Positions 1-8,505 of a stretch of 64,000 bases of DNA are shown here, one piece after another. Position 1 is the stretch's first letter, and every line of letters begins with the position of its first letter. The notes under the pieces are model-generated. The model made no database searches and was not told the origin of the DNA. It saw only the letters and a program-made list of their open reading frames with translations. Source of the DNA: Candidatus Multivoradales bacterium (GTDB lineage: Bacteria > Acidobacteriota > Thermoanaerobaculia > Multivoradales > J023); NCBI GenBank assembly GCA_965248925.1, contig CBDFLE010000006.1, positions 4,800,001-4,864,000 on the forward strand. Reading direction: 5' to 3'. The position numbers were made by a program, and so were the translations under genes.

Positions 1-260
1 CCTGGGCGCGGGGGGTTCCGGTGGTCGCTTCGCCAGCCGCTGCTCGCGGCTTGCGGGTCGAGGGGGGGCGAGAGCTGCTGCTGGCCGAGGCGACCGACGA
101 CTACCTGTCGGCGATCGAGCGGCTTGCGGCGCAGGAGGATCTACGGTCTGTGCTGGTGCGAGCCGGTCGCCAGCGGTTGCGGGCCGATCACCGGCCGGCG
201 GACCTGGCGGCTCGGCAGCTGGAGCTTTATGAATCGCTGGCGGCTTCGAAGTCCAGCTGA
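1..260 (+). CDS. Glycosyltransferase family 4, C-terminal fragment (gene runs off window start)
   Basis: Frame reads LGAGVPVVASPAAARGL...ELLLA...A..GRQ, a typical GT-B/GT4 C-terminus; stop at 258-260. Confidence 0.75.
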   Translation, partial: WARGVPVVASPAAARGLRVEGGRELLLAEATDDYLSAIERLAAQEDLRSVLVRAGRQRLRADHRPADLAARQLELYESLAASKSS

Positions 261-1039
261 GGGCTAGCGGCGGCCTCCTCCTCGGCAGCTATTTCTCGGG
301 GCCGGTGCATGTGCTCGACATAGCGGCCGACAATCTCCTGGGGTTCTCCGTCATCGACCAGGGCTCCTTTTTCTAGCCACAAGCAGCGGGTCGAATAGTC
401 GAGCAGCATTTCGGCATTGTGGGAGACCAAGACAATGGTGGTGCCCTGGTCACGGAAGCTGTCAATGCGCTCTTTACAGCGGTCGAGAAAACGCACATCC
501 CCCACCGCCAATACCTCGTCGAGGATCAGCACGTCGGGAACCCAGGCGGTGGCGACCGCGAAGCCGAGCCGCGCCAGCATGCCGGAAGAATAGTTGCGCA
601 CTGGCGAGTCGATGAATTGCGACAGGCCGCTGAAGTCGATAATCGCCTCCAGCCTTTCGCTGATCTGCTTCTTGCGTCGGCCGAGCAGCAGGGCATTGAG
701 ATAGATGTTCTCGACCCCGGTGAGCTCATGATCAAAGCCAGTGCCGAGTTCCAAGATCGGCGACACCATGCCCCGCACCTGGCGTTTGCCGTGGGTAGGC
801 GGCAGCACCCGAGCGATCACCTTCGCCAGGGTACTCTTGCCGGCCCCATTGGCTCCCAGGACGCCGATTGTTTCGCCCGGTTGCACCACCAGATCGATAT
901 CGCGCAGAGCCCACAGTTGTTCGTAGGTCAGTGAGCCTTTGACGAAGTGGATGAAGTACTCCTTGAACGAGGAGACTTTCTGCTTCGCCAGGCGGTAGCA
1001 CAGCGAGACGTTTTCGAGTTGGATGGCGGGAGTGGACAT
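227..1039 (-). CDS. wzt: ABC transporter ATP-binding protein, Wzt/TagH type (polysaccharide export)
   Basis: Walker A GANGAGKST, signature YSSGMLARLGF, Walker B ILDEVLAVGD; start placed at ATG 1039 (MSTPAIQLENVS). Confidence 0.9.
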   Translation of the reverse strand: MSTPAIQLENVSLCYRLAKQKVSSFKEYFIHFVKGSLTYEQLWALRDIDLVVQPGETIGVLGANGAGKSTLAKVIARVLPPTHGKRQVRGMVSPILELGTGFDHELTGVENIYLNALLLGRRKKQISERLEAIIDFSGLSQFIDSPVRNYSSGMLARLGFAVATAWVPDVLILDEVLAVGDVRFLDRCKERIDSFRDQGTTIVLVSHNAEMLLDYSTRCLWLEKGALVDDGEPQEIVGRYVEHMHRPREIAAEEEAAASPQLDFEAASDS

Positions 1040-1061
1040 CGGGGTGGTTGGGCGGCGACGC

Positions 1062-1859
1062 TCAGACGTAGAACGGAATCCGGTGACTGCTACGGTGAAA
1101 AACGACCGCGCCCAGCAGTAGGGCCACAATGGCCAGGCCGGTAGCAACGCTGAGATGGCTGATCGGCGGGATCTTGTTGAGGTAGATCGGGTCGCGAAAA
1201 ACCTCCAGGATCGAGCGGATCGGGTTGTAGTGCACCACCCAAAAGAACTTGCTGCCCGAGAGCATTTCTTCGGGATAGAAGACTGGGGTCAGATAGAAGG
1301 CCAGGGTCAGCCCGACCATCACCAATTCGATCACATCGCTGAAGAACACCGCCAAGGGCGACAGCAAGAGGCCCATGCCGAGGGTGAAGGTGGTGATGAT
1401 CAAGATCGACACCGGCAGGAAGAGCAGCGAGGGGCCCACCGGATGGCCGGTGAAAAGCAGGATGGCGGTCAGCGGCACCAGGGCGAAGATCAGGTTGATC
1501 ACCCCGGAAATCACCGCCGTCACCGGGAAGACGCCGGTGGGCACCGGCAGCTTCTGCAACAAGTAGGCGTTGCCCTTGAGGCTGTTCATCGAGGTGATGA
1601 TCGACTGCGAGAAGAAATTCCAGAACAGGATACCGGCCAGGGCGTAGACCGCGAAGTTGCGCACCACGGCACCATTGGGCATGCGCATTTGGAAGATGTG
1701 GGCAAAGACCATTTGCAGCACCAACAGCATCAGCAGCGGTTGCAGCATAGACCACAGGAAGCCGATCGCTGAGCGGCGATAGCGCACCCTCAGGTCGCGC
1801 AGCACCAGCTCGCCGATCAAGTCGCGGAATTGGTAGAGGTCTTGGACCAGGCTCAGCAT
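1062..1859 (-). CDS. wzm: ABC-2 permease, Wzm/TagG type
   Basis: RDLRVRYRRSAIGFLWS motif, multiple TM helices, FYLTPVFYP and YNP motifs; adjacent to wzt. Confidence 0.9.
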   Translation of the reverse strand: MLSLVQDLYQFRDLIGELVLRDLRVRYRRSAIGFLWSMLQPLLMLLVLQMVFAHIFQMRMPNGAVVRNFAVYALAGILFWNFFSQSIITSMNSLKGNAYLLQKLPVPTGVFPVTAVISGVINLIFALVPLTAILLFTGHPVGPSLLFLPVSILIITTFTLGMGLLLSPLAVFFSDVIELVMVGLTLAFYLTPVFYPEEMLSGSKFFWVVHYNPIRSILEVFRDPIYLNKIPPISHLSVATGLAIVALLLGAVVFHRSSHRIPFYV

Positions 1860-1976
1860 GGATTCCCAGGGTTCGGTGGCGCGCGGCGGTGCGCAGCGGT
1901 GCGCGGCGACGCGATTTTGTCACCGAAAGCGGGAGCGAGGCAAGGCGCCATGCGGAGTTGCGACGGCGGTCGGAGG

Positions 1977-2609
1977 TCAGAAGCGGAAGATCAAACCGCC
2001 TCGCAGCTCGCTTTGGGTCAGATAGTCGCTATCGTCGAAGCGGTAGCAATCATTGCGCTCACAGAAGACATCGTCGTCGCGGTCGATCAGGGTGGAGAAC
2101 ACTCGCCCCTCGAGGCGCAGGCCCAGGTGGTTGCTAATGAACATCTTGACCCCGCCACCGAGGCTGACCGAGAAGCGAGTCTCGTCAGAAAAACCGAGCA
2201 CGTCGGGCGAGAAACTGGTGGCGCCGAGGCTGCCGACCACAAACGGTTCGATATGGCCCGGTCGCCATTGATAGAGCAGGCCGATGTGGTAATAGTCGAC
2301 GTCGAGGTCGAGTATTTTGAAGCTGGAGCCGAGGGAGAAGCCGGGATCGACCAACTCGGTCGCCTGGCGACTGGCCATCAACTCGATCATCAGATTGGGC
2401 GAGACGTTGAAGCCCAGGATGAAGCCCAAAGCGTCAGATTCTTCGATCTCGGTGTCGTAGAACCCGGCTCCGGAAACGCGGTCGAACTCACCGTCCAGCC
2501 GATAGCCGACAAAAGGGGTGAACTCGAAATCGCTGGCGCTGGCGGCTGGCAGCCCGATACCGGTGACCAGCAAGGCCGACAGGCATGTCAGGATTATCTT
2601 ACGGTTCAA
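1977..2609 (-). CDS. Outer membrane beta-barrel protein (OmpA/OmpW-like)
   Basis: Signal peptide, alternating beta-strand pattern, C-terminal GLIFRF ending in Phe. Confidence 0.75.
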   Translation of the reverse strand: MNRKIILTCLSALLVTGIGLPAASASDFEFTPFVGYRLDGEFDRVSGAGFYDTEIEESDALGFILGFNVSPNLMIELMASRQATELVDPGFSLGSSFKILDLDVDYYHIGLLYQWRPGHIEPFVVGSLGATSFSPDVLGFSDETRFSVSLGGGVKMFISNHLGLRLEGRVFSTLIDRDDDVFCERNDCYRFDDSDYLTQSELRGGLIFRF

Positions 2610-2813
2610 GGGAACCTCCTAGATTCAGTGGTTGTCGATCGAATGCCCCTCGGTGGACTTTGGCGAACCTAGCCCGAACGGAGGGACTCCTCCTGGTGCG
2701 AGACTATGCTAGATACGTGCCGGCGAACGCTGTGGTGATTGGAACTGTGTTGGAGTTTAGTCGGCTACAATTGATCCGTCGCCATAGCCTATTCGCGAAT
2801 CATTGGAGAGCCC

Positions 2814-3734
2814 ATGTCCCAAGCTGTCGACTTAGCCGCCGCCCGGGCCTACCTTATGGCCTTGCAAGATCAAATTTGTAGCGCTCTCGAAGAACTCGAC
2901 GGGGGTGAGCGCTTCGCAGCTTTGGAGTTGCCCGGTGAGCGGGGTGGGGTGGCGCGGCCGCGAGTGTTGTCGGATGGTGAGGTGTTGGAGCGCGCGGCGG
3001 TGAACTTCTCTCACACCGCCGGTGCCGAACTACCCGCCGCGGCGACAGTGCGGAATCCGCAGCTGGCCGGGTGCGGCTTTGAAGCGGTGTCGACTTCCCT
3101 GATCGTTCATCCGCGCAATCCCTACGCTCCGACCTCGCATGCCAACCTGCGGCTATTTCGGGCTCAGCGCGATGGTGAGGATGTTGCTTGGTGGTTCGGC
3201 GGTGGCTTTGATCTAACCCCCTACTATGGCTTTGCCGAGGATGCGGAGCATTGGCACCGCACCGCCGAGGCCGCTTGCCGGCCTTTTGGCGAGCAGATCT
3301 ACAGCCGCTTCAAGAAAGACTGCGACGAGTATTTCTACTTGCCCCATCGGCAGGAGACTCGCGGTGTGGGCGGCTTGTTCTTTGACGATCTTGACGCGCC
3401 CGACTTTGCTAGCTGCTTCGCCTTGGTGCGGTCGATCGGCGATGCCTACTTGCCCGCCTACTTGCCGATCGTCGAGCGCCGTCAGGGGCAGCCGTGGGGC
3501 CAGCAGCAGCGCGATTTTCAGCTCTATCGTCGGGGGCGCTATGTGGAGTTCAACCTGATCTATGATCGCGGCACGCTCTTTGGCCTCCAGTCCGGCGGCC
3601 GGGTCGAGTCGATCTTGGCCTCTCTGCCGCCCCAGGTCAGTTGGCTCTACGATCCACAGTTTGAGCGAGGTAGCCCGGAGCAGCAGCTCGCTGAGCGCTT
3701 TCTGGTGCCTCGCGACTGGTTGCCTCCCAGCTAA
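2814..3734 (+). CDS. hemF: Oxygen-dependent coproporphyrinogen III oxidase
   Basis: [36 protein letters not shown] and [29 protein letters not shown] motifs. Confidence 0.97.
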   Translation: MSQAVDLAAARAYLMALQDQICSALEELDGGERFAALELPGERGGVARPRVLSDGEVLERAAVNFSHTAGAELPAAATVRNPQLAGCGFEAVSTSLIVHPRNPYAPTSHANLRLFRAQRDGEDVAWWFGGGFDLTPYYGFAEDAEHWHRTAEAACRPFGEQIYSRFKKDCDEYFYLPHRQETRGVGGLFFDDLDAPDFASCFALVRSIGDAYLPAYLPIVERRQGQPWGQQQRDFQLYRRGRYVEFNLIYDRGTLFGLQSGGRVESILASLPPQVSWLYDPQFERGSPEQQLAERFLVPRDWLPPS

Positions 3735-3816
3735 GCGAAGCTGAATCAGCGAGGTGATCGGTGCAGCGGTGGCCAGCAGCATGGCCACTCCTTGATACAC
3801 TCCGCCGGCCCCTGAG

Positions 3817-5247
3817 TTGGCAGATCATCGCTGGCTCGGGTCAGGAATCTCCAGCGTGTTGTTCAAACCTCTCTCCAGCCGATCCGTTGTCCTCGTCCTG
3901 GCGTCGGTCGTTCTGCTGTGGGGTTGTGAGCAGCCATCGCCTACCCCCGAGCGGATCTTCGACCGCCCGCCGGTGATCCTGATCGACATCGACACCCTGC
4001 GTGCCGACCACCTCGGCTGCTATGGCTACGAGCGTGACACCAGCCCCAACATCGATCGCTTGGCGGAGCAGTCAGTGCGTTTCAACTGGACCTTCAGCCA
4101 GGCTCCTAACACGCCGCCGTCGCAGACTTCGATCCTCACCTCGCTCTATCCCACTGCCCACGGCCGTACAGGCGACAAAAAGCAGCTCGCGAGTGAAGTC
4201 ACCACCCTGGCCGAAGCGCTAGCGGCGGCCGGTTATGCCACCGCGGCGTTTGTCGATGGTGGCTTGATGGCGGCTGGCTTCGGTCTCGAACAGGGCTTTG
4301 AGATCTATGACGACGAGGCCGGTCATCTCAAGAAAATCGGCCCCAAGGTAGACGCTTGGCTGGCCGCTCGGACCGATCCGCGGCCCTTCTTTCTGCTGAT
4401 CCACACCTACGACGTGCATTCCCCCTACGAGCTGTCGCCCGAGCCTCATCGCTCGCGCTACCTGGAGGGGTTGGAGCCGCCTGCGGAATACTTCCGCCGC
4501 AACGTCTCGAAGGTGATGAAAGAGACCTGGGATCGGCGTTTCGAGACTCCGCCGCCGCAGCTCAGCGCGGTCGAGCTGGCCTGGGTCAAGGCGCTCTATG
4601 ATGGCGGTATCCGCCACGTCGACAGCTGGGTTGGAGAACTCGAAGCCGAGCTCCGCCGGCTGGGGTTGTGGGAGCCGTCGTTGGTGATCTTCATTTCTGA
4701 CCATGGTGACGAGCTGGGCGAGCATCAAGATCTATTCCATGAGCGGCTCTACGCGCCAGTGACCCGCATTCCGCTGCTGATCAAGTTTCCCCACCAACGG
4801 GGCGCCGCCGCGCCTCGCCATGGGGTGGTCGAGGCGCTGGCCGAGTCGATCGACTTGATGCCCACGGTGCTAGAGACCGTCGCCGTGGCCGTGCCTGGCG
4901 GTTTGCACGGTGAAAGTCTGCTGCCGGTGATCGATGGCGATGCCAGGGGCCGCCAAGTGGCGATCAGTGAATCCCCCTACCGTGGTCGTCGCATCGCATT
5001 GGCGACCGCTGATTTTCGCTTGCTCTACACGGTCCGGGATGACCGCACCGAACTCTACGATTACCGCCGCGACCCGCTCGAGTTGGTCGACCTCGCGGCC
5101 GATCATCCGAAGGTTGAGCGGCGACTGCGAAAAGGCGTGCGGCGCTGGAACCGTCATATCGAGCAGTACCGTCGCCAATCGACCGAGATCGACAACTTGA
5201 AAGCCGAGACCCTGGAGCAGCTGCGGGCTCTGGGCTATCTCGACTAG
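3817..5247 (+). CDS. Sulfatase-like / alkaline-phosphatase-superfamily lipoprotein
   Basis: ILIDIDTLRADHLG, TPPS motif, HTYDVHSPY, ISDHGDE, C-terminal LRALGY; lipobox LWGC. Confidence 0.85.
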   Translation: MADHRWLGSGISSVLFKPLSSRSVVLVLASVVLLWGCEQPSPTPERIFDRPPVILIDIDTLRADHLGCYGYERDTSPNIDRLAEQSVRFNWTFSQAPNTPPSQTSILTSLYPTAHGRTGDKKQLASEVTTLAEALAAAGYATAAFVDGGLMAAGFGLEQGFEIYDDEAGHLKKIGPKVDAWLAARTDPRPFFLLIHTYDVHSPYELSPEPHRSRYLEGLEPPAEYFRRNVSKVMKETWDRRFETPPPQLSAVELAWVKALYDGGIRHVDSWVGELEAELRRLGLWEPSLVIFISDHGDELGEHQDLFHERLYAPVTRIPLLIKFPHQRGAAAPRHGVVEALAESIDLMPTVLETVAVAVPGGLHGESLLPVIDGDARGRQVAISESPYRGRRIALATADFRLLYTVRDDRTELYDYRRDPLELVDLAADHPKVERRLRKGVRRWNRHIEQYRRQSTEIDNLKAETLEQLRALGYLD

Positions 5248-5254
5248 CCCCACG

Positions 5255-6709
5255 GTGGAACTAGACCCCTTGCCGAACACTAGTACCGCCCGGCGCTTCC
5301 TGCGCTCGACCGCCGCTGCTGCCCTATCCCAAGGCTGGCGGGTGGGGATGACCTTAGTCGCCATGATGGCCCTGCGCCGGCTGGTGGACAAAGATGACTG
5401 GGGGCTCTACACCTGGGCCTGGGTGCTCTTCCTGATCCTCGGTGCGGCCCGCGACCTGGGGCTGATTTACCATGTGCTGCGGATCGAGCCCCGACCCTAC
5501 GGCAACCTGCTGCGCTTGGAGTTGAGCTGGGGACCGCTGGTCACCCTGGCGGCCTTCTTCGGCGCCCCCTGGCTGGCCGGCTTGTCGGCCGAGCCGCACC
5601 CGCAGATCGTGCCAGTGCTGCGGGCGATGTCGTTGCTAGTGCTGGCCGAGGGTCTGGCGGCGGTGCCCAAGACCTGGTTCGAGGGTGAGTTGCAAGTGGG
5701 CCGCACGGTGTTGCCGGAGGTGCTACGCAACCTGGTCTTCGTGCTCCTCTCGGTGACCCTGGCGTGGCGGGGTTGGGGAGTGTGGAGCATGGTGCTGGGG
5801 CAGTTAGCCGGCACCTCTCTCTACGCCGTCTTGCTCTGGCGGCGCGCCTGGGGGCGCATTCCACTGGTGCATCTACCGGGCCAAACCTGGCCTCTGGTGC
5901 GAGCCAGCCTGCCCTTGGCGCTGATTTGGTTCCTGGCAATCCTGTCGCGCCACATCGACCCGTTGGTGCTTGGCCGGCGCTTTGACTTCTCAGTGATCGG
6001 TGAGTACACCTTCGCTTATGAGTGGGCCACCATGGTGGCGGTGCAGGTGCTGCTGCCAGCGGTTCTACGCACCCTCTATCCGGCCTTGCGTCTTTATGCC
6101 GAGCAGCCGCGGCAGATGTTCCACGCCTTCGCTCTGACCGTCAAGTTGATGTTGGCTTTGGAGGTCATCGCCGCCCTGGTGGTCTTTGTCAACGCCGAGC
6201 TAGTGGTGCTGGTGGTGGCCGGTCAACACTGGATGGAGCATGCGCCGGGGTGGTTGCGGATTCTCTGTCTGGCGCCGTTGGTCGATCCCTTCGGACGGCT
6301 GGGAGGCGAGTTGCTCAAGGCGATGCATTTAGATCGGCGGTGGATGGCGTCGGCGCTGCTCACCGTGCTCACCTTCGCGGTCGGCGGTTATTGGCTGACC
6401 GGCCAGGTCGGTGCGGTGGGGATGGCTTGGGTCAACTTACTGGCCCTCGGTGGCCTGCTGATGGGGTGGAATCTTTACCGGATATCCCCCATGGATATGC
6501 GCGCTTTGCTCGCCGATCTACCCTGGATCTATCTCCTACCGTTGCCTCCCTTCGTCGCCATCTGGTGGCTTGGCGAGATTCATCCCTGGCTCCGCCTCGG
6601 TCTCTCGGCGTTGGCCGCAGTATTTGGCCTGGGGGCTATTTGGTGGCGCTTCGGCGGTGAATTCAAAGCCTTCCTCCAGCACGGCCTCAGCGAGTCCCAA
6701 ACGTCCTGA
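5255..6709 (+). CDS. Oligosaccharide flippase (Wzx/MOP family)
   Basis: About 12 hydrophobic helices; WGVWSMVLGQL and D.LVLG....IGEYTFA motifs. Confidence 0.8.
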   Translation: MELDPLPNTSTARRFLRSTAAAALSQGWRVGMTLVAMMALRRLVDKDDWGLYTWAWVLFLILGAARDLGLIYHVLRIEPRPYGNLLRLELSWGPLVTLAAFFGAPWLAGLSAEPHPQIVPVLRAMSLLVLAEGLAAVPKTWFEGELQVGRTVLPEVLRNLVFVLLSVTLAWRGWGVWSMVLGQLAGTSLYAVLLWRRAWGRIPLVHLPGQTWPLVRASLPLALIWFLAILSRHIDPLVLGRRFDFSVIGEYTFAYEWATMVAVQVLLPAVLRTLYPALRLYAEQPRQMFHAFALTVKLMLALEVIAALVVFVNAELVVLVVAGQHWMEHAPGWLRILCLAPLVDPFGRLGGELLKAMHLDRRWMASALLTVLTFAVGGYWLTGQVGAVGMAWVNLLALGGLLMGWNLYRISPMDMRALLADLPWIYLLPLPPFVAIWWLGEIHPWLRLGLSALAAVFGLGAIWWRFGGEFKAFLQHGLSESQTS

Positions 6710-6736
6710 ATCACTTAGGCCTAAGATGCCTGGGCG

Positions 6737-8212
6737 TTAGGGCATGGCAGCCGACCAGGCCGTGGTGTCGCCCCCTTCAAAGCCATTGGCGAAGATCTCC
6801 GCATCGAGGCGCAGGCGCAGGTAGTAGACGTTTTCCTCGCCGGCAAAAGTGGCGGAGTAGGCAATGTGCGCGCCCAGCGAGTCGGAGATCATGTCGTAGT
6901 AATCGCCGATCTTCTGCTGCTGGGGAAATCCCAGATGTGGATCAAAGAGGGGTGATAGCGCCCGGTTGGTCGACCAAGTGAGGCCGCCATCGCTCGACGA
7001 AGCATAGTATAGCTCCGAGGCAAAGGCGCCGCCGGGGCCAAAATCAGCGGCGTTCCGGGTGTCATTCCAGATTGCATCCAGGCGGCCGTCGGGAGCCACC
7101 GCCAGAGTGCCAAACCACTGCCAGGCGTTGGTGGCGCCATCGTCATTAAGAGTAATCGGCGCGCTCCAGGTCAAGCCGCCGTCGCTGCTGCGGGCAAAGC
7201 GCACATCCAGCGGATCTGGCCCAGGGGGATCGACCGAGGCCAGCAGATAGACGTCACCGCGGCTGCGGCTGGGCAGTGGACTGGTGTCGACGGCGATCCA
7301 CACCTGGCCGAGCAAGCCGCCCGGATTTGGACCGCTCGAAACGATCAGAGCCCCTCCCAGATCCACCGTCGCCAGCTGCTCGAAGGCCAGCGTCGCGCCA
7401 TCGTCGGTGGCGTTGGTCGAGCGGCTGACGACGACCTCGGCGAACGTGGCGCCAGCACCCGCGACGTAGACCTCGCCATCGAGACCCACGGCGGTGACTC
7501 CGAACACTGGTTGACCAGGAATCTGGACCGGGTTTTCGAACGACAGAACAGCATCATTCGAGCGATTGGCGATGTCGTCGCCACAGCAGCCAAAAAACGG
7601 TGACCAAGCGGCATAGAAATTCCCCGCTCCGGCACTCACGCCGAGATCGATCTCCACCCACGCCTTATCGCCACCAAAGGCAAACACCGGCGCCTCCCAG
7701 CTGGTGCCGCCGTCGATCGAGCGAAAGCTATCGCACTGCAACCCGCCACCGGGAAGACTCAAGCTGTAGTAGTAAAAATTACCCAGCTGGTCAGCCACCA
7801 GCACCGGGTCCGAGCGGAAAGTGCCAGATTCGATCTCCCCCGCCGTCCAGCTGAACCCCCCGTCCGCCGAGGCAGCGAAACCCGCCTCGCGAAAATCGCT
7901 GAGAATGCTGTCGAACTGCCGCCAGCCGACCACAATCCGCTGCGGGTCGTTGGGATCCACCGCCAGCGAGGGTTCGTTAGCGGCATCGCCGAGAATGTCC
8001 TGGCCGCTGCCATCGACATTCACTTGCACACTGGTAAAGGGGCCCCGCACCACCTTCACCACCGGTGCGACCCGCCGCATCTTTGGCGGAATCGGCTGGT
8101 GAGGATCCCCCTGCACTTCCAAAGGCCCCAGATCGCGGGGACTGAGGGCGGAGTCTTGGGCGAAGGCGGGGGTAGAGACCAGGAGAGCCAGGACAATCGG
8201 CAGGATTCGCAT
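6737..8212 (-). CDS. Secreted BNR/Asp-box (sialidase-like) beta-propeller protein
   Basis: Signal peptide; repeated SxDGGxTW Asp-boxes; IGDY motif; C-terminal IFANGFEGGDTTAWS tail. Confidence 0.8.
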   Translation of the reverse strand: MRILPIVLALLVSTPAFAQDSALSPRDLGPLEVQGDPHQPIPPKMRRVAPVVKVVRGPFTSVQVNVDGSGQDILGDAANEPSLAVDPNDPQRIVVGWRQFDSILSDFREAGFAASADGGFSWTAGEIESGTFRSDPVLVADQLGNFYYYSLSLPGGGLQCDSFRSIDGGTSWEAPVFAFGGDKAWVEIDLGVSAGAGNFYAAWSPFFGCCGDDIANRSNDAVLSFENPVQIPGQPVFGVTAVGLDGEVYVAGAGATFAEVVVSRSTNATDDGATLAFEQLATVDLGGALIVSSGPNPGGLLGQVWIAVDTSPLPSRSRGDVYLLASVDPPGPDPLDVRFARSSDGGLTWSAPITLNDDGATNAWQWFGTLAVAPDGRLDAIWNDTRNAADFGPGGAFASELYYASSSDGGLTWSTNRALSPLFDPHLGFPQQQKIGDYYDMISDSLGAHIAYSATFAGEENVYYLRLRLDAEIFANGFEGGDTTAWSAAMP

Positions 8213-8505
8213 GCGGCGGAGGATATCGCGAATCTGAGATGAGTCCCGATATGCCGTGCGGGATCGTCAGCCGATTTTGCTGACTGCGAGCCGAGCACGC
8301 TGGCTGGTTGTCAAGATGACGGGGATTCCGCTACAGTAGGGTTTCCAACTATTTGGTTGAGAAGGAATGAACAGCGGCGCGGGGGGCCTCGGCCGGTTAA
8401 TCGGCGAGTCCTGAGCGCATTCGGGCGGCTTCTGCGCTGTAGAAAATGGACTGATGTATCTCTGGAGTGACAACTGCTAACTCGTCTACCTGGGGGAGAC
8501 GCCAA

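Noticed and set aside
8213-8505. Possible attachment site or tRNA at the island left edge
   Set aside because: No tRNA fold, integrase or matching direct repeat found at the other end
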